From Macrostomum lignano (Eukaryota): a DNA stretch of 64,000 nt. The position numbers and the translations under genes were made by a program. The notes beneath the pieces are model-generated. The model did no database searches, was not told the origin of the DNA, and saw only the letters and a list, made by a program, of their open reading frames with translations. Location: positions 166,713 through 230,712 of the forward strand of contig NIVC01000539.1 of NCBI GenBank assembly GCA_002269645.1, read 5' to 3'. This document shows positions 45,976 through 61,484 of the stretch, piece after piece. Every line of letters starts with the position of its first letter. Within the stretch, counting starts at the first letter, position 1.

Positions 45976-48739
45976 GTAAATAGGAGTTCAGACTTCACGG
46001 GATTGGTGGCTTAATAAAACTAGTTGTTCTAAGTTCTAAGAACAAAGATCAGTATAGACTCGCTCTAGGTTAGGTGAATCTCTTTGGAGGCTATAGCTGT
46101 TTTTAATCATCGCCATCAGATCTCTAGTTATCTTTGCATCTTTTCTGAACGACATGTCTGTTTTGCCAGCATGCAAATAGCAGTTGCCATTAATAATAGT
46201 TTTGCGAATCTCTTATTTTCCTGCTAACTTTTTTATTCATTAAAAGAAACACTGCAGGTTGCAGCTTGCAGTCACACACAAAGATACACATCATGCGCAT
46301 CTAATGTAGTAAATATTTTTATTGCTTTCTTGACCTACTATAATGGTAACCGTCTGATCTGATGTGTTTACGATAAAACAAAAAAAATTAATGGTGCTCA
46401 TTAGCTAATCTTCGCAGACCTTTAAATCGAAACGTTTTTTGCTATTTTACTTATTCTTTTTAGCAAATGCTAAGTCATGGCCGTATTTTCGTATTATTTC
46501 AAGATGTAGGAGTCTCGATTTTTGAACCTGTGTGCAAGCTACAGATTTTTTACTATGTAGTCAGTGTTACTACCGGTAGAAGTTCCTTAACAACAATCCA
46601 AAATTAATGCATGGCATGCGAAAGAAAGACATAAGCAAGTGTAATAGTAGAGTCGTCGTATATTATAGAATGAAAGTGATACGAAATATATGTAGTATAT
46701 AGAATAATACACATACATTAGATACTACTAATAGTAGACACGACGACTACATGTTGCACAGATGTTGATGTATGTTGATTTTGCAATGTTGATGCGTCAA
46801 CCATTCTGCAACGTTGTTTTGCGCGACAAACGGTCGCTTCTAGCAACGTTTACCACTTGTTGCGCGTCAACATTTGTACAACATTCCCGCAACATAAATG
46901 GCACTAGGGGATAGTATATTTTACTTGTTTAGTAAAGCCGCTGCTTATATTCTACCAAAAATTCCAGCAAATGCCCCTCTGTCAACTCGGCGGCTGAGGA
47001 CGTCCTACGTGACCGCGCAGGACGCTTTTTAAGGGCCACTAAAAAGCTGAATTTCCGTGTGGAGTAACCGCGCAGACGCCGTTGATTTTCAGTGTTTCCC
47101 TTTCACGATTCCAATTTGTTGAATTAATGTAGTTGCATTTGTTACCATTGTTGCTCCTCATTTTTCCATCGTCTATTTTCTATTCTTAATAGCTTTGATG
47201 CTATTTCCATGATCGTTTCCATAATTGCTGGTGAATTGAATACACTGTTTTTCATGGTTGCGGGATAATAGGATCTGGTTTGGATAGCAAATGAAACGTC
47301 ATACAGCCTTGCTTGGCATTTTATGCTTAAACATTTCTTTCCTATTAAGGTAGATTAGTGACTTTAGTGTATGGGTTAACATTTATGTTTCGTCAGCTTA
47401 GTTCGTTTGTAGTTCGTACATGTAGTTCGTCAGTTTATGACTATTGTATAAAAATAATGTACTACAGTTATATTATCAATATTAATTAGTATATGTAGAT
47501 AAAAAATCGTCACTTTGTCGAAAATCGCCATCTACTTGCGGTCATCAAAAATATGAACGACGTCGACTTTTCGCCATCAATAGTGGAAAACGCGACGTCG
47601 CACACTCTACATCTGATGGCGAAAATTTCGACGTCGAAATCGTGGTTCAAATCGACATGAAATTTCGACGTCGCTTTTCGACGTCATTTCGACGTGATTT
47701 TTACCGCCGGGTTCGTTTCTTGGAAAAAACAAAGTCAATCAAACTTGCCTTCGGTGTTTATGCCAAAAATGAGCCTTCAAAACATTTCCTACGAAACGAA
47801 GAGTCCCGCGCCGTACATTGATTCCAGTGTTCTTTGTGAAGACTTGAACTCGCTGCATCTAGACCCGACTGCTATTGTATATAGGCTGCGAATATTGTAT
47901 AGATTTTCTAATATTGCCGCGTTAATACCCACCAATACTCCCTACCTCGACTTTGGGTGAGGATATTGTGCTAAGCAATGCGACTGGCAACCTCTCTTGA
48001 ATCTGTGGTCCCGCGATATTTTCCTATTATTTTTCCACCCAGACCCGATGGTTTCTCACCTGCCTGCATCATCAAATTATTATTTCCCGTTGTAACACGA
48101 AACAATTCGAATCACCATGGCAGTTTTTATTCAAAGAGAATAATTTTACAAAGCAGTTGAAAATAAATAGTTGTGCTGTTGATTGAGTTCAGCAGTTCAG
48201 ACATTGTTGAGACACTGTTGTTTTTTGTCTCGATACGTTAAAATTTAGCAAGGTTGGATTTGCTTGAATTCTATTTACGGAGCTCGATATATTGGCTCTG
48301 ATTACTCGGAGCCTGCATGGGTAAAAATTGATACCGCGGATCTGCTTCGTACCATCCCTACAGGATGTAATCGACACTTATTTTCTGGCGTTCATTTTTG
48401 TGCCTATAAATGCTTCTGGGGCGTAGCCCGAAACAGCATCTATTGTTACTAAATATAGAAAGTTTTAAGACCATTCCAATCTGCTTTTTCTTCACGGGCA
48501 AATGGAAATATTCTGCTTTTGTCGCCTGAATTTTGCCGGGCACCTACATCACATCGTCAGCGTGGGGTTTAATTAGCTAAAATATGCCAATGAAAAGTGA
48601 AGTGCACACAATTGTGAATGACAGACCTCGGTGTGTGTTTACCTGTGCAAGTTTTATGAATTTTTTGTTTCTTTTATTAACAAAACTTTTTAGCTTGCAT
48701 TCCCGGGCTCCAATCGCGTCTTTCAGCTGGTATAGTAGG

Positions 48740-49100
48740 TCTTGGTGTTGCAACGCAGAACGGTCTCGGGCGCTACAGCGCCCGCCTCTGCCGGTCAAGT
48801 AATTAGGGTCTCGTTCTGCCCGACACTAACAAAAACAGCAACCAAAGTCTATCAAGCTGTCGCTGGACGCCCTCAACCGTCGAGGAAAGCAGGGCGAGAT
48901 CGTTGGCGTAGCCAAGCACGCTGAGCCGCAGCCGCCTCTCCGGTTGGCGTAGACCCACAGTCGTCGTAGCAAGAAGCCGTCGTCGTTAGAAGGCAGAACA
49001 CTCCGCAGCACCCCAGTCAAGCACCAGAACAAACAAGACGGTGCGAGTACATGTTATCTCCTTTGGAGCACGACCAGAGGCTTTCACAGCAGAAGCAGAT
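48740..49100 (-). pseudogene. Decayed RTE-like non-LTR retrotransposon RT fragment
   Basis: Across frameshifts the minus strand reads (S)GVLQG..LAP..FVLVLDWVLRSVLPSNDDGFLLRR...LGYANDLALLSSTVEGVQRQLDRL, with YADD changed to YAND at 48899-48910, then after an internal deletion DRQR.AL...ETVL. Confidence 0.75.
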
Positions 49101-50075
49101 AGTAGAAATACATTGTACTACTTATTAGATACTGACACCCCCAAGCAAGCCAAATTTAAGCATTTTTAGTTCTCAATTCCTATTTCTAAGTGATAACCCG
49201 CTGCGCTCACTGTTACCTGATATTCACACATTCACATTTTTTATTAAAAGAGATATTCGACTTCGAACCGAAAAACGAGAGATTTTTTCACGCCCCTGCC
49301 TAATAAACTCCATTAATTTTAAGCTAGCCACCTGTAGCAATACATATTGCATGAGCCTACGTTAATTATCGGTACCATTTTTATCGCGTTGACGTTGGAT
49401 TACAACCAACCAACAATTACTACACCGATGTGCTTTGGTAGGGCGGTTCAATGTACTTTGAACGAACAAACATTGCAGTTCATTATCTAGTACACACACA
49501 ATAGTGGCGCAACACGGTGCAAAAGCGTAAAGGCTCTTTCACACCACTATTGCCCAATAATAACACTGCTAAGGTTTGTTTGATGAAACATTTTTTAACA
49601 ATGTTTATCTCTTAGAAGATCAGTCCGGGAAGTTGATGACTCATCGTAGATACGAAATCGCTTGTTATTCATGGATTATTAAAATACTAAAATCTGGCTA
49701 ACGAGGGTGTCTCTACTAAATGCATATCATTGATACACGTAGACGTGAATTCTCAATGAAAAAAATTGTACAGATCTACGCTATTTTTACTACTAGTGAG
49801 TAGTCTGTTAAGTAATATGTATCTACAGAGATTTACACAGTATATAGCAGTAGATTTGGTCTTGCCTACAGATAAAAGAAGGATTCGGCCATAGACAGCA
49901 CTAAGAAGGGTGCCAGTGGCAACCTCTCTCATACTCTCTGTCGTCGTGAATTTCAAAGTTTATATTGTTAAATAATGAAGAATTCCATTTCAAATTTAAC
50001 AATAGATTACATTTTTTCAATCCAGGTTCACAATCGTCAGTCTGTTGTCTTCAGCTACATCAAACCTGCGCACAA

Positions 50076-50081
50076 TTTATT
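50076..50081 (-). terminator. RPL19 polyadenylation signal
   Basis: AATAAA on the minus strand ~60 nt after the stop codon. Confidence 0.6.
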
Positions 50082-50141
50082 TAATCCCAAACAGTAATTA
50101 GCCAGATCGAAAAGTCACCAAAATAGAGAGACTGGCACAAA

Positions 50142-53100
50142 CTACTCCAGCACTTCCGCGCGCTTCTGCGCCACGCGCTCCTGGCGCCGCTTCCTGGCCT
50201 CTCTGGCGCGGGTCCGCCTGGCCTCGGCCTGGTCCATGAGCTGCTTAGTGCGAGCCCGCTCCGCCTTCTTCCTGTGGATGTGCTCAACCAGCACGCGCTT
50301 GTTCTTGAACCCGTTGCCCTTGCAGCTCATGTACAGCTGGTGGTACAGGTGCTTGTCGAGCTTCTTAGCCTCGCGGTAGCGCTTGAGCAGGCGGCGAAGG
50401 ACGCGCATGCGGCGCATCCAGAGCACCTTCTCGGGCATGCGCGCGTTAGCCGTGCCCTTGCGCTTGCCCTGGCCCATGTGGCGGCCCTTGCGCCTGGCGA
50501 TCAGGTTCTTGCGGCAGCGGGCGCGCGAGTGGACAGCAACCGGCTTGCGGATGATCAGGCCGTCCTTGACCAGCTTGCGAATGTTCTGCCGACTGTTGGC
50601 ATTGGCAATCTCGCTGTTCTCGTTGGGATCCAGCCAGATCTTGGCTTTGCCGCACTTCAGCACGGCAGCGGCAAGCCGCTTTTGCAGGCGCAGGTTGCTG
50701 TGATCGAAGGGGGGGTTGTGAGATTTTATAGCACTGGGTCATTGTCAAATTATGTTAGCGGGGCTAGCGTGATAATAAATTTGATAATAAAATAAAGCAA
50801 TTCTAGAATAATCACTATAAGTTTATAGCACTCTCACTTCATTTTCAGTGCATGATAGACATGGGTCAAGCGAAGTGAGTAACGAGTACAACTATAAATT
50901 ATGTAATAGGCCAATAACGGCATTATTATATTTTTGTATTTGAATTAAAACTAAGTCATAAATGGACAATTGTAATAAACCAGATTACAACTTGAGCCAA
51001 CTAATTCAATAAAAGTTAGGTAATCCATCTTTTAAGTACATGGTTATGTAATACAAGTTTACAATTAATGGTTTTGTTGTGACACAAAAGATTTTATGAC
51101 TCTATAGAAACATGTTGACTATGCTGTATGGAAAGGCAGAATTAGAAAAATATATAAAATTGGATGGCAGATTTTAACCCACAAGTAAAGGCACTATAAT
51201 ATACACTAGAGGGGCGCAATACAAAGTAAACTGAAGGCAGTGAGGACCTTTTTTAGGGCAAAGCTTATAACAGTTATTAGGAGGCTTAGGAGGCTATTTT
51301 TGGAATTTCTCTTAAGTTTCCATTTATCATTATATTTTCTCACAATTTTTATAGGTCTTCATAAAAAGAAGAAGGCACCAGCTATGGTGGCTCCTTGAGC
51401 TTAGCTTATCAATTTTAAATTTACAGTTTATCAATTTTGACAATTTTGGTTTATTCAAAAATAAGTTGTTTTTGCAAAGTAATATTTAATTGAATGATAC
51501 AATTGTATGTTCTTTAATCTTTATCTTAGAATAAATAGTGCTATACTTATATTATGGTAATATAATATTATTGTGTTTTTACTATTGTATAATTGTTTTT
51601 TTATATTAAGGTCTCTTCAATGCAAAGTAAGCAAATAACTTGGTTATTATTTATCATTTGTTTAGTTATAAGCATAGAGATAAGTAAAAAAACATATTTG
51701 TATACAATACAAGGTTGCATAAATTAATTATATATACTTAAATCATAACTTCTTATTTACTTTAATAGTATTCTTTGTTTATATTTGACATATAGCATCT
51801 ATATTGATCTTTTTTATTTTTTATTAACTTTGCTTAATACTAGGGACTCTAATAATAAGATTTAAAAGTTATAGCATATTAAAAGATATATCCTAACTAG
51901 AGATGTTCCAAAAGTGCACTTGGTACAATGATGAGTGCAAAGTGCAAATGAAAAGTGCATTTTCTCTTGAAATAAAAATTGAAAACAAAATTTATTGACA
52001 CTTTTTACTTTTGATCTATTGCTCATGCAAAACAAAATACATGTAGCATAAAATAGTATATTTCAGCCATTGGACAAGTAGAGTTCCTTATTGTTGCTAC
52101 TCTGAATTCAAAAACTTTTTTGCCACAAAAACCATAAAATCTAGTTACCTCTTGATACTAGCATGGGTGTATGTATATATAATGTAGTCTGATATATAGT
52201 AATGGTAACTGTATAAAAGGATAATTCTAACAATACTACTAGGACGGAGCTAGCAGGAGATTAAGCTATGGAAAAATATGAATCATGTGTATTATGCTAT
52301 TTATACAGTATCATGCAAGCAAATAGATGACTACATGCAAAAGATAGACAAGTAACCCTCATTTCATATGCTTTTCTTTATGCATAGAACTTTCTCTTGC
52401 TCTTTTGTATCTTATATAATATCACTCAATGTATATTAGGTTAATGTATATATCATTGAATAGCAATAATCACAATTGATTAAACTATATATGTACATAT
52501 ATCTTTGTATTGTAATATGCACAAAATATACAATATATTAGCAAAACACTTTTACAATTCTTTTAAATTCTGCAAAATTTACGAAAACTTATAGTTCCAC
52601 AACTATACTACTTATATAAAACAGTTTTAACAAATCTAAAACTACATTTAAAAAATGGTAAAAAATATCACTGATTCAAGTCCAAGACAGTATTTAAAAA
52701 GTTAAAAAATATTAAAAATAGATAAAAAAAATTGAAACTAGGCCTAGACACTTCTAAAATTTGACTTTTGTAATTTTTTTCAACTAAAAATTTGCTCTAA
52801 AAATCTTGTAATTTGGAAAATTGAAATTGAAATAAAAATTTCAAAACATCTTTAATTCTAACTAAGGACAACAAAGCAAACTTGTTAAGAAAGTAAAAAC
52901 AAAAAATTGTCAAAATATATATAAAATACAAGAGTAGATAAGAATTGAAAAATAGTTTAATAATATTAGAATTTACTTAGCTTTTTAAAATATAATTAAT
53001 TAATTAATAGGCCCCCCTAATGACTTTATATTAAAACTCATATTATAATATTTCAACCTAATGAAAGCTTGATATAATGGTTTCCATGCATTTCGGTGCC

Positions 53101-54409
53101 TGTGCTTTTTGGTGCACGGCATTTTGGTGCCCCAGATTGCCTTTCGATGCCCCAGTTTATATTACGCCAAAATGATGATAATAAAAAAGAAATCCTATAA
53201 CAAATATAATAAATACTTTACAAAACGTTTGATTTTTTTAATAAAAGCAGTATTAATTTTGTTAAACTGGCATGTTTCTTTAAATTGGAAATATCTGTTC
53301 AATTTAATTGTATACATTTGCTATATCCTATATATACAATATAAGCTGGCTGCACTCAGCAAGCGTGCTAGTGCTATGAAGACTTAGTTAGGAAAGTTAA
53401 AATCCATCAACAATGCTATATGTAGTTTTGATTGAAATTATGAAATGTGATAAGTCTACATGTATTTTAGTTACTATTGATTTTTTGAATCACCCAATCA
53501 TGTTTTATTTTATAAAACTGCCTAGGAAATGAAGCGAGTATTATTTAATGAACTGAAATCTTTTTGGGTATAACTATTGGACTATAATCTATAAGATTTT
53601 ATTACAAGCGCATTTGGGGCATTAGTTTAAAATTTTGATGTGGCTAAGACGCGCAGCTATAGCGACATGTAAGTAAATTGAATCGAGTAGGCCTAATCAA
53701 AAACCATTTTTTGAATTCATTAAAACAGCAGGTCAGCTTAACTAAATGAATAATACCTTATTTTTTAAAGTAAATAAGTACCGCAAAGACAAAGCACTTA
53801 CTGCTAAATTAGAGCTCAATCTCTATATTGTGTGTCCAATTCTAATGTATAATTTGGGCACCGAAATGATGGGCACCAAAAAGCACAGGCACTGAAAAGT
53901 GTGGATACCAATATAATTATAGGCCTATGTAAAAAAGTTTTTAAAATAGGCCTAGTACTAATTTTCTTTTTTACAAAAAGTTTTTTCTCTTCTTTATAGT
54001 TTAAAATTTCTTTTTATTCTATGTAACTGCATTGAGAATTTGTTTATGTGTAAACAACCCACCTTTCTTCAAATAAGCTTTTTGTAGTGTACATATTGAC
54101 AGGTCCTTTTGCTGAAGTCCCATACCCTTGGCCTTACTACTACCTACTATTACTGTCTTAATAAATCTTATCAAGAACACTTTGATATACAGTCATAGAA
54201 ATATTTCTGCACTATATATTATACCATTTTTTTTAATAAACAAACTAATAGTATAAAATATATATCAAAAATTGTGAGATAAAAATAAATCTTAATTTTT
54301 TATGGCAATGCCAATAAATGTCAGATACTTGTCATTGAACCGGAAATATGATAACGAAGATAGCATGCAAGTGAAGAGAAGAAAACAGACAGAAAATTTC
54401 TTACCTCAT
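50142..54409 (-). CDS. RPL19: 60S ribosomal protein L19 (eL19), exons 54409-54405 and 50697-50142, 186 aa
   Basis: ATGAG|GTAAG at 54409-54400 spliced to CACAG|CAACCTG at 50697 gives [28 protein letters not shown]...[15 protein letters not shown]...[36 protein letters not shown]...; stop TAG is the rc of CTA at 50142-50144. The ORF track gives strand + but the protein is encoded on the minus strand. Confidence 0.97.
53078..53910. mobile_element. 833-bp MITE in the RPL19 intron, 60-bp TIRs with internal sub-repeats
   Basis: 53078-53137 vs rc of 53851-53910: 50/60 identical, ungapped; three TTT(C/T)(G/A)GTGC sub-repeats per TIR; flanking ATATAA/ATATAA (53072-53077, 53911-53916). Confidence 0.75.
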
Positions 54410-55995
54410 TTGAATAGCTTAGATTATTCTCGTGGCAAATCTCAGCTCTTCTCCGCGTACAATTAAAAGATACAATATTTTATTTACTGCAGGCGAACAT
54501 TGCAAACGCTAGGAGACTTAATTTTAAAATGTGCCATTGTGTAACAATGGAGGATGGTATTGGTATACTTATTTACTTTATAAACATACTTTTTTCTACC
54601 CTGACTATTTTTGTTTTTTTCACTAGCTCGAAGTTTTTATAAGCATCACAGATTTTGTTTTAACTATTTTTTTACGGAAGGTAAGACAGATTTTACACCT
54701 TGCTATTCTTTTGGACTAATTAGTTCAATCAATGGTTTGTGTTGCTAAAGAGTGAAATCAATTATCTTATTTCTTTATCCGACTTAAATAAGGAAACGTC
54801 AGCACTATATTGGAGAAATAGGGTTCCTGAGAATTCTTACAAGACGAATCGCCGGCCGAGATTTGCCCGCAGTGCTTTATATGCAGGGTATTTAGCCCCG
54901 CGGCAGATTCTTCCTGCATTGCATTTTTCTACTATGCTTAGCAAGTATTGATAAAGAGAATAAGGGGACATATAAAGCGACACCTTGCATATGTATCAAT
55001 AGCTCATGCACTGCATGATACCGGCCCTATACATATATATGCGTTTAGAAATTATAAAGGGCCTGCTATCCTCCACGAGAAAAATCAAATTTCGGCAAAT
55101 TTCGGCAAATTTCGGTAAACTGAAAAATATATAATTTATATAAAACGATCTTGTCAGAAACGAGTTTTTTGTTTGTTTGGAAAAACCAGTTTTTTGTTTC
55201 ATTGGTGACTTTTATTCTGACTTCCTCCGATTTTAAACTATTATTAGTTGCAAGACAGTACAGTACACTTACACACCTCGCGTCTTGGCTTCTGTTTTTC
55301 TTATACGACCTAATTCTGATAGCGTACAGCGTACAGTGTATTTTGTTGTTGTTGACATGTATAATGTAAGCCGCATATTTCGTGCATGAATTGCATGAAG
55401 TGTGATTCAGGACACGAAAGTATGCACAATGTGCATAGGCAAGAGAATCTCAAGAGACAAGCAGTAGGCGGCTGCACAAGTCCCTCTGCTAGCGAAAGCT
55501 GCATGTAGTAATGAAAGAAATTACTGATAAATCACAGCATGATTTGAATGCCAGAATTAGACCCGGACGCTAACCCGGGTTGTTATTAAGTGAGTTTTGC
55601 GCCCCCCAAAGCGTGCTATATTCTGCTCAGCTTTCAGATGAAGCTGCGTTGAACATGCATTAGTTCAACTCCTGCCACCTCCTTAGCTCTCCTAACAATT
55701 CGATTTCTAATACAGAAATACATTGGGAATATTTTGGCCAATCAGACACGCAGTGTCCTGTCAAGAGAGGCCGGCCGATCTAGGGAATTCGCGCGTCCGA
55801 GACAGCAAAATTGGGATTCCATTGGGGGAGTCGGTTTCCCAGCAACTCTCGGCCCTCCACGCACGGTTAACCCAGAGTGGGGGTAATGACCTCCGCCGCC
55901 CTGCTGAAAAGCGTTGAACCGAATGAAAACACGAAAAAACTTCGCGGTTCCAAATGAAGATCGCAGAGCTTGCGTCCTGTTGTTGCTAGGCGCAA

Positions 55996-56071
55996 ATGAC
56001 CGATTTGAGAAGGGCAAAGCCAATGTCTTTTTTGGTCGGCATTTTCTTTTGGCTTCAGCTGATGCCTGACG
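55996..56071 (+). CDS. Candidate first coding exon of a gene divergent from RPL19 (MTDLRRAKPMSFLVGIFFWLQLMPD, signal-peptide-like)
   Basis: In-frame ATGs at 55996 and 56023, a hydrophobic stretch, and a strong donor GACG|GTGAGT at 56072. No downstream exon is identifiable in the window. Confidence 0.3.
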
Positions 56072-56140
56072 GTGAGTCACTTACTTGTAAAACTTTACTA
56101 TCCTGAACTTCTTTATATGAAAGGTCACCAATTCCTATCG

Positions 56141-56217
56141 TGTGTGATGCCTAATCCGAGAGGTGTGATGCCTAATCTGAGAGGTGTGATGTGTAAGCTG
56201 AGATGTGTGATGTGACT
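56141..56217. repeat. Left remnant of the 21-bp satellite (~3.5 degenerate units), separated from the main array by the LINE
   Basis: TGTGTGATGCCTAATCCGAGAGGTGTGATGCCTAATCTGAGAGGTGTGATG... matches the 62100+ unit. Confidence 0.9.
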
Positions 56218-56233
56218 TAACTTACTTGACTTA

Positions 56234-59990
<3,757 letters not shown>

Positions 59991-60020
59991 CACGAGTGGT
60001 CCGCGCAGCTTCCTGCCGGC

Positions 60021-61484
60021 TCAAGGCGAGTTGTGCAGGAGAGCTGCCTCTTCTGCCTCGCCGATAGCTCCAGGCTCCAGCTCCATGGGCTCCTCCCGGA
60101 TGGATTCCATGGTCGAGGGCGGGTCGCTGCCTGGGCGGCATTCTCGCTCTCGGCCCGGTTTTCCGGGGGCCGCAGTGGTGACACTGGGCTGGGGGTGGCT
60201 GCGGTTGGGGGCCTTGGCGGTGTCCAGCAGCTGTTTCGCGCGCTGAGTCAGACCAGAGCGGATAGTGTTCCGGGCGGGTTTCCGGCCCTTTCCACGTCCG
60301 CCTGTTGCTGCAGCTTTCGCGGCTTTCCCTCTGACAGGGTCCACGTCCTCGGAGGGGTCGTGACGGCCGGAAGCTTCTTTTCCTGGGCGTTTCCGCCCGG
60401 CAGAGCCCCCGACTGCCCGCTTACGCTTCTCCGGGGCGGTGGGCGGGTGGCGTCAGACTCAAAGCTAAAGAGCTGAATCTGCAACAGCCCGACAGAGATG
60501 ATGGACATGTCCGGGTAGCGGAGCATCCAGCTATCCGACAGTCCAAGAATAGCCGTGAAACCGTCTCCGCCTGGCTTGGAGATGGTCTCGTGAACTACGA
60601 CACCGTTGGCAGGTAGCTCCGGGTTGGAAGCCACTAGCAGGTGACGCAGCTCGTCGGCCTTGGTGATGCAGCTGCGAGCCGGGATCCAGGCACGGTGCCG
60701 GTGTGTCCGGGGTCGCTCGTCCTCCCTGTAGATGAACAGGTTCTCCAGCTCCGTACCCCAGTCGAAGGTTTTCAGCAGCTCGAGGAGCTGCTGTCCTGAC
60801 TGGCTGTCGGTGGGCTGGATATAGAGGGCTTGGTCCTCGACTTTCGTCTTTTGGACTCGAATGGTAGTGCCGCTCAAGGCCATCTTGACCAGGTGGGAGT
60901 CCAACCTGCGCCAGATAAGGTCGAGCTGTTCGGCCGTAAGAGGCGTCTCCTGGCCTTGGATAACCAGGGCCGGCTGCCTTTTGGCCATAGCCGCGTAGGT
61001 TCGCTTCGGCTTTGTGGTTTGGCCAGCGCCCCCCGCTTTGGATCCCTCCACGGCCGTGGGAGCTTCCACACGGGCAGAGGTCCGGTCACGGGAGGGGCCA
61101 GCCGCACCAGGAGCTTCGGCGGCACCTGACGCATCAGACCGGCGCGCGGGTCCACCCCCTTGTCGGATGTCGGCTCCTCCGCGGGGTTCGCAGAGTTACC
61201 GGCACCCTCCTCAGAGGTGGCCGGGGGGGCGGCTTTCGCATTCCTCCGTTCCTCCGCTTTGCGCTGGAGAAAGGCTTTGTAGCGAGCAATGCTACGGGCC
61301 TTCTTTTTTGAAATCTGAGGTCCGCTGTCTTGTCCAGCCACTCCGGTATTATCCTGAGCGGCGGCAGCGGCAGATTGAGAGGCACCGGGGTTCCGGTGTT
61401 GCGAATGTCCGGCTGGGCCGCGGTGCCAACCTCGGTTGGTGCTCCAGCAGCCTCGGACGTGTCGGAGGTAAGTGAATACTCCAT
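60021..61484 (-). pseudogene. LINE ORF1, DUF4780-like domain, apparently frameshifted
   Basis: ATG at 61484; core ...RAWIPARSCITKADELRHLLVASNPEL...VGLLQIQLF resembles the DUF4780 ORF1 of LOA/Lian elements (by eye). Apparent frame changes near 61395, 61150 and 60360. Confidence 0.65.

Larger units (their letters stand above)
37632..46910 (+). mobile_element. Inner, apparently complete CMC/EnSpm(CACTA)-type DNA transposon, 9279 bp
   Basis: Perfect 13-bp TIR CCCCTAGTGCCAT (37632-37644; rc at 46898-46910) with imperfect extension; flanking ATA/ATA (37629-37631, 46911-46913); CAAC(A/G)TTG/ATGTTG subterminal repeats at both ends; encloses the transposase and ORF2. Confidence 0.85.
36618..47711. 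mobile_element. Outer non-autonomous CMC/EnSpm-type element (~1.8 kb of its own sequence), interrupted by the inner element
   Basis: 34-bp TIR CCCGGCGGTAAAAATC(T/A)CGTCGAAATGACGTCGA at 36618-36651 and 47678-47711 (1 mismatch); 2-bp TSD TT; clusters of palindromic CGACGTCG subterminal repeats at 36640-36720 and 47560-47700. Confidence 0.85.

Noticed and set aside
49886-49950. CATAGAC... possible P-type terminus
   Set aside because: No matching opposite terminus or TSD found nearby.
50274-50795. Plus-strand ORFs overlapping RPL19
   Set aside because: Antisense shadows of a GC3-rich coding sequence.
50698-54404. Intronic snoRNA in RPL19
   Set aside because: The ATGATGA box-C-like motifs I found (~51929, ~53172) are on the plus strand, opposite to the host gene; no C/D pair was seen on the minus strand.
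55087-55115. AAATTTCGGC x3 upstream of RPL19
   Set aside because: Short local triplication with no evidence of function.
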